A DNA stretch of 35,336 bases from Intoshia linei (Eukaryota; Animalia; Orthonectida). The stretch spans positions 1-35,336 of the forward strand of contig LWCA01000268.1 in NCBI GenBank assembly GCA_001642005.1, read 5' to 3'. How positions within the stretch are numbered: the stretch's first letter is position 1; every line of letters begins with the position of its first letter. The notes under the pieces were generated by a model. That model was given only the letters and a program-made list of their open reading frames with translations, had not been told where the DNA came from and made no database searches. Shown here in pieces: positions 10,759 through 22,994 of this stretch. The translations under genes were made by a program, and so were the position numbers.

Positions 10759-13700
10759 TTATGGCGGAGATGTGGATGCATTATTTTCATTTGTAGTTTG
10801 AGTTTCCACGTTTTTTTTAGGTATTCTAAATTATTATAATATCATCAAAATATATGAAACCTCGACTCATCAAATATACTGTTGTATTGTTGCATTTGAA
10901 AAGAAGCTGCATCCATAAGGACGTTGATATCTCTTAATAAATTAATTCGGTTAATCGTAGATTCGCGTAGATCGCCTTCCATTAATTTTAATTCTTTGTC
11001 GGATAGGGCTTGTAAATCAATCGGTGGTTTAGGAAAACCTAAATATTAAATCAATGGAACCAGAATTTAAGGCAGAAATCGGCAACCTTTTGAATCTTGT
11101 GGGTCACTTTTTTTATAACGAAAAATTATACGAATTTCGTTTTTGAAAAATAGACATGCTACATTTCAATTTTAAGCGAAGTGAAACGGTTCTACTGTCT
11201 TTTCTCGATTATAAAAAGTCTTCTTATATTCAAGAGTAAAAGGAAAAATGCATATAATCAAAAACATTCAGACTTTTAAGCAGACCTTGAAAAATATAAA
11301 AAATACACTAAAAGTTTTTTTCTAATTAGTATAAACTTATAAATTAGACATTCTATTGTATAAAGAAAATTATTTTTTAAAAATAAATTGATATGTTGTC
11401 TATTTTTTGTTTAAAGTTCTTTCTTTCGAATATAAGCAGAAACTGTTTATATTCAAATTTTATTTAGTTAAAAATTTCACTAAAAATTTGGATTTCCGGG
11501 GTCTGCTTATAATCGAGAAAAGACAGTAGTATATTCAACTAAATAAAATCCAGGGCGATCTGAAAATTCAGTATTAAGTGATTATAATGAGCCAATAATA
11601 GTATAAAATGTTTAAAACGGTTTAAAAGTTGAAAAATAAATAATGTACATGTTTACTCAAAGGGCCACTAAAATTATTCTGTGGGTCACTGGTTGCCGAC
11701 CCCTGTTTTAAGACAATAAAGTTAATAATAATATTTGGAGTACAATCTATTTCCCATAGCTTCTCAACGTGTAGCCATGGTGAAAATTTGGCCCTTTTAA
11801 AAAAAGTTTGAGAAACCTGTCCTATATAATAAATGCACTGTGTCGATTCAGAAATTGACACATATACTGTCAGAAAAGATATTAATATTAATTAACATTT
11901 TGTTAAATATTGCATTAAAAATTAAAATAAAAACCACTAAAACTAAATATTTTTACAGGGCCAAAATAAGGAAATTTCAATCTAAAAATGAACCATTTGA
12001 TTTGATAAAACAAATTTATCAAAAGTAAAATAAAATTAAATGCAATAAAAATCGTCCTTATTTGTACACATTTTGGCGATCGCTGGTTAAAGAACACTAT
12101 AATCCAGGTATATGCAATTAGTGAACTTTCCGTGTTAAAATTTAAAAAAACTCAATTTATAATAGTTTTTCACTAGTGATATTTTTATAAATGTTTCGTT
12201 TTCAGAAATTTCAGTCCTTCAGGTCAAACACTCAATTTCCCGTTTTTTTGAAAATATTTTTTATATAAAATCATCCGCATATTTAAAAAAATAATGAATT
12301 CTGGGACGCGTTTTAAAATCATTAACATTGTCGTAAATCTCAGCCTGAGAAACCTACATATCCATGGTCAAAACTACAAATTACCCTTTGTTTTAAAAAG
12401 TAAAACTCTTCAAATTTTGTATAAAACAAATTCCGAAAGAGTCTTTAAAATAATAAGCATTATAAAAATGGCAACCTAACAAAAAAATTCTATAAATTTC
12501 GATAAATCCACATCACAATGTAAAAAAAATTACGTATTTTGTGTGTAGTGGTGATGGTGGGACCTCCAGTAAGTTCATTTTGTATGGTAGCGGCTATAAA
12601 ATGGAACATTAAATTAAAATAATGAAGTAGATATATACCCAAGTTTCTTATATCTACACGATTGTTATTTTGGTTTGGAGGGCGTTCTCGGTTCCGTTGA
12701 TTTTCATTTCTAACATTTTGAGCATCTTCTTTTAGTAAATCTAGTCTACATGTTGGACAAATTTGTTGCCTGCGGAACCAAGATCGCAAACACGCTTTAT
12801 GAAACATGTGACCACATGGGAGTTTTTTACAATTATTTTCTAAACTCATTTCTTCCCTGCAAACAACACAACAAGGGTCTCCATTATTCAAGTCTTCTTG
12901 TGTGATATCTTTAAATCTAATAAATGACTATATTAAAAATAATACGATGAAACTCATTCATTCTATATATGGCGCGTCTCGATTTAACAATTGTGACAAA
13001 GGATCTTTTGAATGCCCTGATGGAAGCAAATAGTCTTCTCACCAAAAAGAGAGGGTATGATTTATACACAACAATTGCAAACGAAAAGGAAAGGAAAGTA
13101 ATCATACTCATAAAATCTTAAAATGTAAAATAAAAGTGAAAATTTTAAAATTACTAAAAACAGTTTCAAATATCATCAAGTAGATTGCTTTATTTTCCCA
13201 GTTTACGGGACTAGCTGAATCGATCGTGTGTATACAATACTTTATAAATATATACAACAAGTACATTACAAGTAGTAAATATTCAAAAATAAAAATGATA
13301 TAAATGCCATCGTTTGTGCTTTCAGCGTTAAATAAGCAACTGTATATGATGGATAAATCAATCAACATTAAAAATATAGCAATTACTAAAATACACCATT
13401 AATTATAATCACATTATATCTACAGTCCGCCAATCCTGTACATTTCCGTACATTTTTTGGAAAATGTATTAATTGACAGGGGGGACCAAGGTATGAAAAA
13501 TTTAAATAAAAAATCTACACTATTATGATAATTATATATGTCCAATGGACATTGTCCATACTACTATATAATTATGCCCACCCCAATGTTGGCGAACTAG
13601 AGAGAGTATCTTCCGAAAGTGACTGAATAAAATTTACAAATAGCTCTCAAATGAAATTTTTTAGAAATTGCCATCATTCTTTCCATCTACAACAAAATAT

Positions 13701-14384
13701 AATTAAAATTTGGAAATTTGAAAAAATAAAAAAAAATTACATAGTCAATTCTGGCATAAAAAAGCCAATGAGAAGATTTAATGACCATTAAAAAAATAAG
13801 CTGGCAACCAAAAACGAATCCAAAACTGTTTCGAAATATGGTAAATGCGATACACGTCTCTGGAATAGTAAACCAAACTCTGTCCATAACATACTAGCAA
13901 GATTAAAAATCAAAAATTACATTAAATTACCTCGACTTCAACAGACTGAATTTTACCAAATAAAATATACCGAATAACATCAATAATAAAAATAAATATT
14001 AACATCAATTCAAAATATATCATCTAAATATAAACATTAAAACATGGGTAACATAATAAAGTATATGAACCACTTTGATTGCCCTAAACGAAAAATTAGA
14101 TGAGTAGATTACGAACAAAACTTTTTTTAAGCACATTAAAAATAAAAACATTCAATTTCAGCGATTCAAAAAAAAAGCATCACCCTGGTTCGGAGATGTA
14201 CCATTAAATAAAAATAAATAAATATAAATACGGCTATGGCAAAGTTGGATTTTGTTATATTAACAATCATGGAATAAAAGTTGTTTTGTTTTCGATATGC
14301 ATTTCCTATATACAGAAGTGTACATAAAGTCGTAATAACAACTACAGATTGAAACGGATTACGTCGAAGAAGTGGTAATACCAT
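10759..14384 (-). CDS. SYVN1: ERAD E3 ubiquitin ligase HRD1/synoviolin, 10 exons
   Basis: Exons 14232-14384, 13931-14023, 13741-13893, 13638-13686, 13155-13385, 12954-13116, 12639-12916, 12534-12593, 10861-11038, 10759-10825. TM region with DRVWFTIPETCIAFTIFR and WENKAIY, RING-H2 CVVCREEM..CKKLPCGHMFHKACLRSWFRRQQICPTCR, C-terminal ELKLMEGDLRE..RINLLRDINVLMDAA..QMQQY. Confidence 0.95.
11073..11705. mobile_element. hAT (Charlie-like) MITE in HRD1 intron
   Basis: Left CAGAAATCGGCAACC (11073-11087), right GGTTGCCGACCCCTG (11691-11705). Flanks atttaagg / ttttaaga (6/8), and a sub-terminal GTGGGTCACT near both ends. Confidence 0.7.
11193..11528. mobile_element. pogo/Tc2-like MITE nested in the hAT MITE
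   Basis: Perfect 22-bp inverted repeat including the TA target: tactgtcttttctcgattataa (11193-11214) / ttataatcgagaaaagacagta (11507-11528). Confidence 0.85.
12200..12450 (+). repeat. Dispersed repeat family (GGTCAAAAACCCCAAATTACCC-type unit)
   Basis: Similar units at ~609, ~2849, ~2996, ~12221, ~12366, ~32301, ~33491. 12299-12345 (gggacgcgttttaaaatcattaacattgtcgtaaat) matches 32237-32280. Confidence 0.65.
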
Positions 14385-14494
14385 TGATTATAATGCTAAA
14401 AATTAAAATATTAATCTTAATTGAAACTATGCCATTTACCTTAATTTAATACAAAAAACTATATGATCATTACAATTAAATTACATAGAAATCA

Positions 14495-14501
14495 CACGTC
14501 A
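14495..14501 (-). promoter_or_regulatory. UPRE/CRE-like TGACGTG motif upstream of HRD1
   Basis: TGACGTG(T) on the minus strand ~110 nt upstream of the HRD1 ATG; the UPRE consensus is TGACGTG(G/A). Confidence 0.4.
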
Positions 14502-15380
14502 TATCAATTGAAATTTATTTGCAATATCACCATTACCAGTAAAATTACCTTCTTTTTATTATTTAAAATTTTTAATGTTTACATATGCTTTTACAATAAA
14601 TTTAGTAAACTTTATTAATTTATTTTGATGACCTTTTGTTTGTCATTAGATTCAATTTCGTTAGCCCAGGATATTTTTGAGATATTGAGCTTTTCAAATT
14701 ATTCATTTATTTAACCTGATATTTTTGCCTTAAAAATCAAGTTTTATGACTAGATTATCTAGACAACCTGACAAAACTGAAAAAATTACTTTCAATACAA
14801 AAATATAAAAAACTAGAAAGTGTACATTGCATTTCATTTGACTATTTATAAAAATAATTTATAATTTACAAATATTGACAAGTAAATCGACATAAAAATA
14901 ATTTTCCGTTATGAAATTTGTCTAAATATGTAAATGAAATCAACTCCCACAAAATTAAATCAATCAAATGTAATTATTCAATTAAAGACTACTACTGAAA
15001 TAGCAGACACCATAATAATGACGGAAAAGAGTTGAATGTATGTAAAATGAAGCAACATTTAAAATAAAGTACAATAAAAATGTTGGTTGTCGAGAAATCA
15101 ACAATTATCACACAAAATAGAAACCAAGTGATCCTTAATTAACATTTTTTTTAATGACTATATTACTCTCATTACTAATAAATAGAAAATAAACAATTTG
15201 ATAGAGTAGAACGCCGATTAATAATTTCCATAGATTCCAAACTAACAAAGAGATACTAAGTCTCTATAGATACCGTTAAAATTCACTAGTAATTTTATTT
15301 ATTGATAGTACTGTCATATTAAACACGTTTTACGTTTATATATTTAATTTCAATATAAATCAAAATACTAATTTGAAGGA

Positions 15381-17451
15381 ATGGATCAAAATATTGCAGA
15401 TGTTGTAAAATCCACAGAGCAATTAAATATTGATAAAAATGTTACAAATTTGAATGAAAATAACTCATGTTCTCAAGTGGTTGACTGTGTGGAAACAGGA
15501 GATTCTCCGTCTTCCAGTGAACAGAAAGCAGAATGTGAAAGTCAGACAAACACTACCGTTAATGATGACCAAACAACAGATGCTACATCAACTAATGACG
15601 CTCAAGGTTCCGATTGTAAGAGCGATAATTGGCAAACCGAAGAAGATAAATTAAAAAAACCAACTATTCCTCCACTACAACTATTTACTTGTCTAGATAA
15701 ACGTATTTTAAATTAAAATAAAAAAATAATAATTTTTTCAGCAATTAAAAAGAAAAAGAAACAAAGAAAACGAAATGAAAATTTTACTATTGTTTTAGAT
15801 AATTGGAATGTAAATAGTAATTTTACCTTAATATCTTTCATTGTATAAATTTTAGGTGATAATTTACCGACTCAACCTATTGCAAACCAACCTCCGAAAA
15901 TAGACACCAGTTTGGTCTCGAATGTACCTCCATTTATTGCATATATTGGAACAGCCAGAATGGAATTAAATAATGAAGATCTCAAAAGATTTTTTTTGGG
16001 CATTGATGTACTTTTTTATATTTTTAAATGATGACAACGCAGGGGTCCTGAAATTGGTTATAATGTGAACCAACGTCCGGTGGCTTTATGCTCGGGTGGA
16101 TTTTGCGCTCTAATATTTATAAACAAGTTATATTTTTCTTTAGATTAAAAATGTAACACAACACAAAACTGAAAGTTCGACTGGTTTCGCGAGGGAAAGT
16201 ATAGTTTGTGTGGAATTTACAACCAGACAATTTCTAATTCAGGCCACAAAGTATGATGGTTGTGTAAGTCTTATAATAAATTTACATTGAAATTGATATA
16301 CTTCAGCTCAAACACATGTTTAAGTTAAAGTATTTCAAATAATATGACCTTTTTGTGACACTACAACATAATGATGTAGTGACAGACATGGGGTCTACAG
16401 TTGTAGTTCAACTTTTATAATTATCTTTTAGAGTCAAAAGAATAGAGAGGTATACATTAAATTGACATTGGAAGAATTGGTTCGAGATTTGGGTAGTTAA
16501 TACAAAAATGTATATAATATAATTTTAGAAAAAAATCGGAATAGACACGCTCCCGGTCGTGATTATAATAATAGTACTATTAATAGAAATTGGATTAAAG
16601 ATAAGGTGGATTTTCAAAAGAATATTCGTGGGCCCATGAACAGAAATGTGGGTAACAAAAGATATGATAATAGAAATGATCAAAGATTTGATAAACGAGG
16701 TGATAATAGAAATGATAAATATGGGCAAAAAGGTAAAATTGAATATATTAATATTTATTTTGTTTAGATTATAACAGTTTCGGTAACTTTAATAGAAGTT
16801 ATAATAACCGGGCTCCAGTAAAAAATTATAATCAAACTGTTGCAACTCAGGATCCACCCAAAAATGTAGAGACTACTTATAAGTCCGGAATGGCTCCACC
16901 CCAAAACTTTTCGTCAGTGAAAGGAGCATCAGATTCCAATATATTTGGACTCGCTAAACCCGTTGATACGAATAGAAAAAAGATAGTTTTAGAAAAACCT
17001 AAACCTAAACCTAAGGAAGAGGTTAAATTTTACCAGCCCTCGGGAAATCGATATAACTCGGATACGTTTACAAATAATAAGGGGTCGTTTGGGCAAAAGA
17101 AAAGTTCGATTCAGGTATGTTATAGTTTTACAATTTAATTTAAATATAGAATAATTCTACATATTACGGTCGGGTAAATACTACGGAACACAGTAAAAAC
17201 ACTCAATACCAAGACAGAAATCCATTTGAGTTAGTTTATAAGTTTTATTTATTGATTTGTTTTAGGTCTAAACGATCAGAATACAAAAAACGTGGAGACA
17301 ATAGGTAAATTTAAATTATGCAGTTGTTTAAAATGTATATTTAGAAATATTCAAAAGTAAAATCTATATCTTTATGGCTTAAATTCCATTCTTTAGAAGT
17401 TCGGGTACCGTTGGCAATAATAAATTTGGAGTGTTAAGTAATGATATGTAA
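15381..17451 (+). CDS. EIF4B: Eukaryotic translation initiation factor 4B-like (divergent), 11 exons
   Basis: Exons 15381-15702, 15742-15816, 15856-16007, 16144-16263, 16432-16492, 16529-16732, 16768-17114, 17150-17229, 17266-17304, 17345-17356, 17397-17451. KKKKKQRK basic patch, LPTQP..KIDTSLVSNVPPFIAYIGN RRM start, D/R/Y/G/N-rich region, SNIFGLAKPVDT, terminal NKFGVL, all matching eIF4B landmarks. Confidence 0.85.
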
Positions 17452-17564
17452 ATTTGTTCTAGGCGGATATGTATAATATTTTTAATTAAATTATTAAACT
17501 ATAATCGTATCGATGAGTTTGAATAATTCGTTTTGATAAAATTTATTTAAAATTTACATTTTCA

Positions 17565-20500
17565 TCAATTGAAAACAATGTGTGATTTTGGTTTGACTGG
17601 GCTTATTGGGTTTTGGTTGATTTTTTCCACAATTTTTTCATTTTTTATTTTCTAAATAAATATTTATATATGACCAAAGGTCATTTTTAATACCGTTTTC
17701 TTTATTGTTCTGTCAGAGTTAATTTTCTTCCAGTAATTAGATTCTTCTTCGCCTACATTTTAGATTTTTTAGAACAAGAGTGTTAATTAATTAAGTTAAA
17801 TTTGGACCACAACAAATTTTTTTTTATATCGTGATAAAATCATTATAAATCCGAACGGTTAAGTATTTCATATGTATGCCGTACTCTGCCTGTTTGCCTG
17901 TAATTTTATTGGCGAAATATAATTATAAGTATTTTAAAAAATAATACAATCATGCATAAAAAAAAAGTTACAAATAATTAAGAAAATTTTTAATCGATAA
18001 AACAGTTAATGAAGCTTCTCACAAGTTTAGGTATATTTTCAACATTGAGTCAATACTATTCTATGTAATTGGGCAAAACCATATGACCCTGGCTAAAAAA
18101 AGTGAAAATTCATTTATCGGTCATAAAATTTTAATATTCTAATTTAAAAATACTCTAAAATATTTCGATAGGTAAATAAGATCGCAGGAACAACACAAAC
18201 GGAAATATTTAATAATTTGAATTATTCTCTTAGATGTGTGAATAATATGAGAATCGTAATCTAACACGCAAATATTATTCCGGTATACCTACAAAATACT
18301 CAATAGTATAATAATCAAATCAAATAATTCAGTCAAAATATACACTCAGGTAAAAATAGATTTAAATATATAAGTGTTCGGAGATATTATAAGCAATTAA
18401 ATTTAATTTATGTTTTTCCTATAAAGACACTTTATATTTCCGAAAAAAACTATCTTAACCCTTTATTGAAAAACCCAACGAATTTTTGAAAAAGGTTATT
18501 TAGTCGGATAAATAAATAATAACGTTACATGGTTATAGACTATAATTAAACTTACATCGTAATGACTATGACTTATAGTGACCACTGGTATGGAAAAAAA
18601 ACTTTGTCGAAAAAATGAAAGATATACCAAAAAAATTTTTTGATTTGGTAATGTAATAATATGGGGTTTTTTTGTACTAAGGGACTGGAAAGTTACAAAT
18701 TGTTGATTAAACCATAAATTAAATTGAATACATAAATATTCTCAGCAGTAATCTCCAAATTTCCTCTAAATGATGAACTTATCCGACTATGTGTTCAGGA
18801 CGGTGGTGCCCGTCATACAAGCAGACTTTTGAATAAATATTTCCTAAATAATAATATAGAAATAATGCCATGGGCAGTTCAAAGTTCTGATCCCAACCAA
18901 ATTGAAACGGGCAATATTGAAGATAAACATTAGGGTAGAGGCCCTACAAATATATTGAAGTTTAAATAAATGTTCATGGAAGAATGGATGTTAATACATC
19001 AATAAACTACTAAAAATTTTGATTTAAATGTTAAAACGTTCTAGATATATTTTAGGGCAAATGGAGAAAACACTAATAATTCAATCAGTAATTAAACTTT
19101 TCTAATGCCATTTTCACTTTTTTTGTCCGCAATTGTACATTTGACATTACAGTATTTTACAGTATAAAGTTTTAAAAAGTATTTTAGTTGATATTTACCC
19201 TCCCCAAATATAATTATTCAAATTAATATTAAAATTTTAAGATAAACATGGAAAAATTAAATAATTGAAGTCAGTTTTGGGTCTGATTTCTTTGATGGGT
19301 TTCCATATTATTTTAAATTCAGTTTCAACCCATTAATATTTGGTTCTAATGATTTATGAATTACTCATAATTAGCCATTGAACTAAATTTCGTAAAAACC
19401 AGAGTAAAAAAGAATTTAAAAATGCCCATTTCAAAAAATATAGACATAGAAACAAACCCACAACTAATGAATCTGATGATTCATCAAACAAAGTTTTTAT
19501 TAAATTTACTTTTATGTATTCCTTTCAATTATTACAGTTGAGGAGGGTATATAATATTTATTTCCTAAATATTTACCAAATTAAAAAAATTTTTTGATAC
19601 ATTTTTAAAATGAAAATAGAATCTATAAAGCGTGCAAAATAACTTTTTATAATATAAAAAATACACCCTAAGACTTAGAGCCTAAGTCGACACCACATTG
19701 TTGTGGTGGCCCAATTTTGACAGTGTTAAAATTTAGTAAAACCTGATAACATTGTAAGTTTGAATTCATCGGAATCTTTGTATTCGTTTACTATTTTAAT
19801 TGCTTCATCTTCTAACGAATAACGTACAATCGCTTCCGTGTTTAAAAATTGTTTGTTCATGTCGATATATACGATAGGGCTCAATTTTGTCATAATTGTC
19901 TTAATATTTTGGAATGTAATGGGATACTGTATCTATTACCTTGATATACTTTTTAGTATTCTCAGGGTATATTTCAATTTTTACAAGTACATTTGGAGTC
20001 ATTTCTAATTGTTTTATGGTTTCATTGCTTGGTTCTCTGGAATTAAGTTTCATTTTTACATCTTCTATTGAAGTTTTCATTTGAGAATATTCATTTTTTT
20101 GACCGTCAAGATATTTTTTTCTCATTTTTAACCATTTGGTTCTAAATGTGTAAAATTAAAATTGAAACGATAAAAATGTTTACTTTGGTATAACTCGCAT
20201 TAACGTTTCAGGGATAATTTTGTCTTTTTTTCTAAAAATGTTTTAGTGTAAAAGTGTAAATTAGTTTTTATAAGACGTACAATTTTATTTTTTTGCATTC
20301 AATTTCATTTGATTCTTTTAATCTGCGCTTACCCATTTCTCCCTCACATTTCACTTTGGGTGACTTTGAAATTGCGTCTTCAACAATATTTACTAGATTA
20401 TAGATTGTTTAATGATTATGAGTATGGGAATTTCCCATTTGGAAGTGTTAGTAAGCAAAAATAATCAATCTTAAGCATCGATTCCACACTTTTCTACACC

Positions 20501-21882
20501 GATAGGGACGATAAAATTGCATTTAAATTTAACATTTAATTTTACGGGACCATTAAAAATGTAATTGCTAATCATTGCTTAGTTCAATGTAACATTTTTT
20601 GCATAGAAAGTTAATGGTTCGCGGACTTGCATTCGGGATTGTCGGTTAAATATTTAATTTTCACAAAAATTATTCATTAAGAACACCAAAAATTCAATTT
20701 TCGTGAAAGCAAGGACGATTCAGTCAAAAATTTGTGATAAAATAATAATTGCATTTTTTTGAATAAACCTTATATCATTTTAATCAACACTAAAAAGTAA
20801 ACATTGTTACCGAAATCCTAAATCCAGAAAGATTAGTAATATAACCTACGATTGTATTTTTTATAAAAGGAAATATACAAATAAAATGTTATATAAACCA
20901 AAATATATTGTCCTAAAACGTTATAAGGAAAATGGCTACTTTAATATTGTACAATAATAGACAACTTCTTGAGCGTTAACACTAAAACCATTGAATAAAC
21001 TTGAAAAAAACATTTTTTGGTAGCCACACTGCAAAGTATATATATTTTACACATCGCTTATAAATAACAAGATATACAGGCGATGGTTTAAATTTTAAAC
21101 ACAAAAAGTACATTCATCCATCAATTTCGAAAGTTGACGCTGTAATCGTATAAAGTCCTTGTTGCCCTTCGGGAAACTAGATGGTGGTGATGATCCTTTG
21201 TATAGATTCAACTTCTAAAAATAAATTAAACATAAACACATTATAATAACTTTGCAAGCTAAATCAGCTTCTTCTTTGCTTGAATATTCCACAAATGCAA
21301 ACCCCTTAAAGTCTCTAGTTGAGTGATACTTTGGTAAGCTAATATAATATATTTTTCCATACTCGCCAAAAACTTTGTTAATATTGTCCATATCTATAGG
21401 TTTTGGTAAATTGTCCTACATCAATAAAAATTTAATATATTAAAAAATTACAGCATAAATAACATTTTCATCTAAAGTTTCTGAAGATACAAATGGAATT
21501 ATACGCTTCACCATATTTCGCGTACCATCAACCTATAGGATATTAATTAAATCATTTGTATTAAACCTCTAGATTGTTGGAAGGTTTCAAGGCGTTTTTT
21601 AAAAAATTTTCATCAACGTCCAAACTTTTTATTTTGTTGAATTTCAAAAATACGCTTAATGCTACATCTGAAAAATATAAATATTAAAAATTTAATACAT
21701 CCATCAACTGAATTGTAAATTTCAGAAGACATGAATCGGTCACGTCTCAGATTTGCGTCTCCCATATAAAATTCAATCTAATTTATCATTGTAATCATTC
21801 CAATTAGTCTCACTTGATTAAGAACCATCATACTTTTCTTTTCAAATGATTTACCAAACCCATCAGACATTCTCACTTTCAT
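17565..21882 (-). CDS. LARP7: La-related protein 7 (La motif, RRM1, xRRM), 12 exons
   Basis: Exons 21814-21882, 21699-21777, 21567-21667, 21452-21532, 21251-21415, 21112-21214, 20281-20392, 20184-20231, 19940-20141, 19743-19899, 17694-17752, 17565-17651. QIEFYMGDANLRRDRFM, YISLPKYHSTRDFKGFAFVEY, MRVIPKTKWLKMRKKYL, YID, LSGEEESNYWKKI, C-terminal SHIVF. Confidence 0.9.
18082..19137 (+). mobile_element. Degenerate Tc1-like element in LARP7 intron
   Basis: Ends share AAAAAAAGTGAAAAT in inverted orientation (18095-18109 / 19110-19124) with outer TA. Internal decayed motifs NVIIWGF, QDGGARHTS, MPWAVQSSDPNQIE (approximating QDNAPxH and WPxQSPDLNPIE). Confidence 0.75.
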
Positions 21883-22994
21883 TTTTAATTTTTACACTAG
21901 TTTTATTCAATAATATATTGATATGGTAATTTATTTCAACTTTTATTTATTTTGAAATTGAAATTGAATTTATAAAACAAAGTATTTACACAAAATACAT
22001 AATGTTGTTTGTTCGAAAATTATTAGGTAATGTCATAATCATTCAGCATCAATACTTGAATAAATTGTTGGGAGCCCGTAGATTGAATTCCAGTTTTAAC
22101 CTATATTGTCCCAGACTAGTGATTCCAGTATGAATCATAATGATGCAATTCGAATCGATCATGATTCATTTCAAATTATTATATGTAGTAATTAAGTTGT
22201 GAATTTATTCAATTGGTGAATTACTCGGTGATGTAAAAATTGGTTTAAAATATCGATAAAAAAAATTTTATTAAAAATAGCAAGAGACTATTTGCAGATG
22301 TATTTTATTGTGTCCAAAGTAATATAACGATATTAAATTGAATAATGATATATTTAATCTAAGTATAATCTGGGTTTTTGACAGTGAAAATATTAATTTT
22401 TGAGGTTGCTATTTATGATACTGCTTATGAATTCAAAAACCATCCCAGAATTTATGTTTTATAAAATTTGAGGTCATGTTTCATTTTTAAAAAAAAATGT
22501 AATTTGGTGTTTAGACCATGAAGGCATGCGTTTCTGATGCTGAGATATATGACAATGTTAATGATTTTCCAACGCGTATAAGAATGTATGTTTTATTAAA
22601 TTTTTGGGATGATTTTAACTTCTTACTTTTTGGGATAATTAATTTAAATTTTAAATTTATGATAGAAATTAAATTGTTAATAGAATCCAAACAAATTTAA
22701 AAAAATAAACTGTATTACTAAACATGGAGAACAATATTATAAAGTCGGTACCACGTTTCAAAACTAAAATAGTGTGACCAGAAAAAAAACGTACTATCAA
22801 TTTTAGTTTATTTTATGATAAATGTAAAGCCAAAATTACATATCTGATTGCAAAAAATATTTTTGGCTTAAAATTGTTTCTAAATAAATTAAAATTTAAG
22901 TAATCGAACGTGACTAAATCGAGATATTACTGTACTATGAAAATGTATTATTAATTATAATACAGATTATAGAAACGATAATACATTTATAAAG

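Noticed and set aside
11622-12479. Short ORFs in the HRD1 intron
   Set aside because: Low-complexity frames overlapping MITE/repeat sequence.
13421-13600. Possible MITE (cagtccgccaa ... ttggcgaact) in HRD1 intron
   Set aside because: Inverted match too short and degenerate to call.
16264-16431. Small hairpin in an eIF4B intron as a possible snoRNA
   Set aside because: No convincing C/D or H/ACA boxes.
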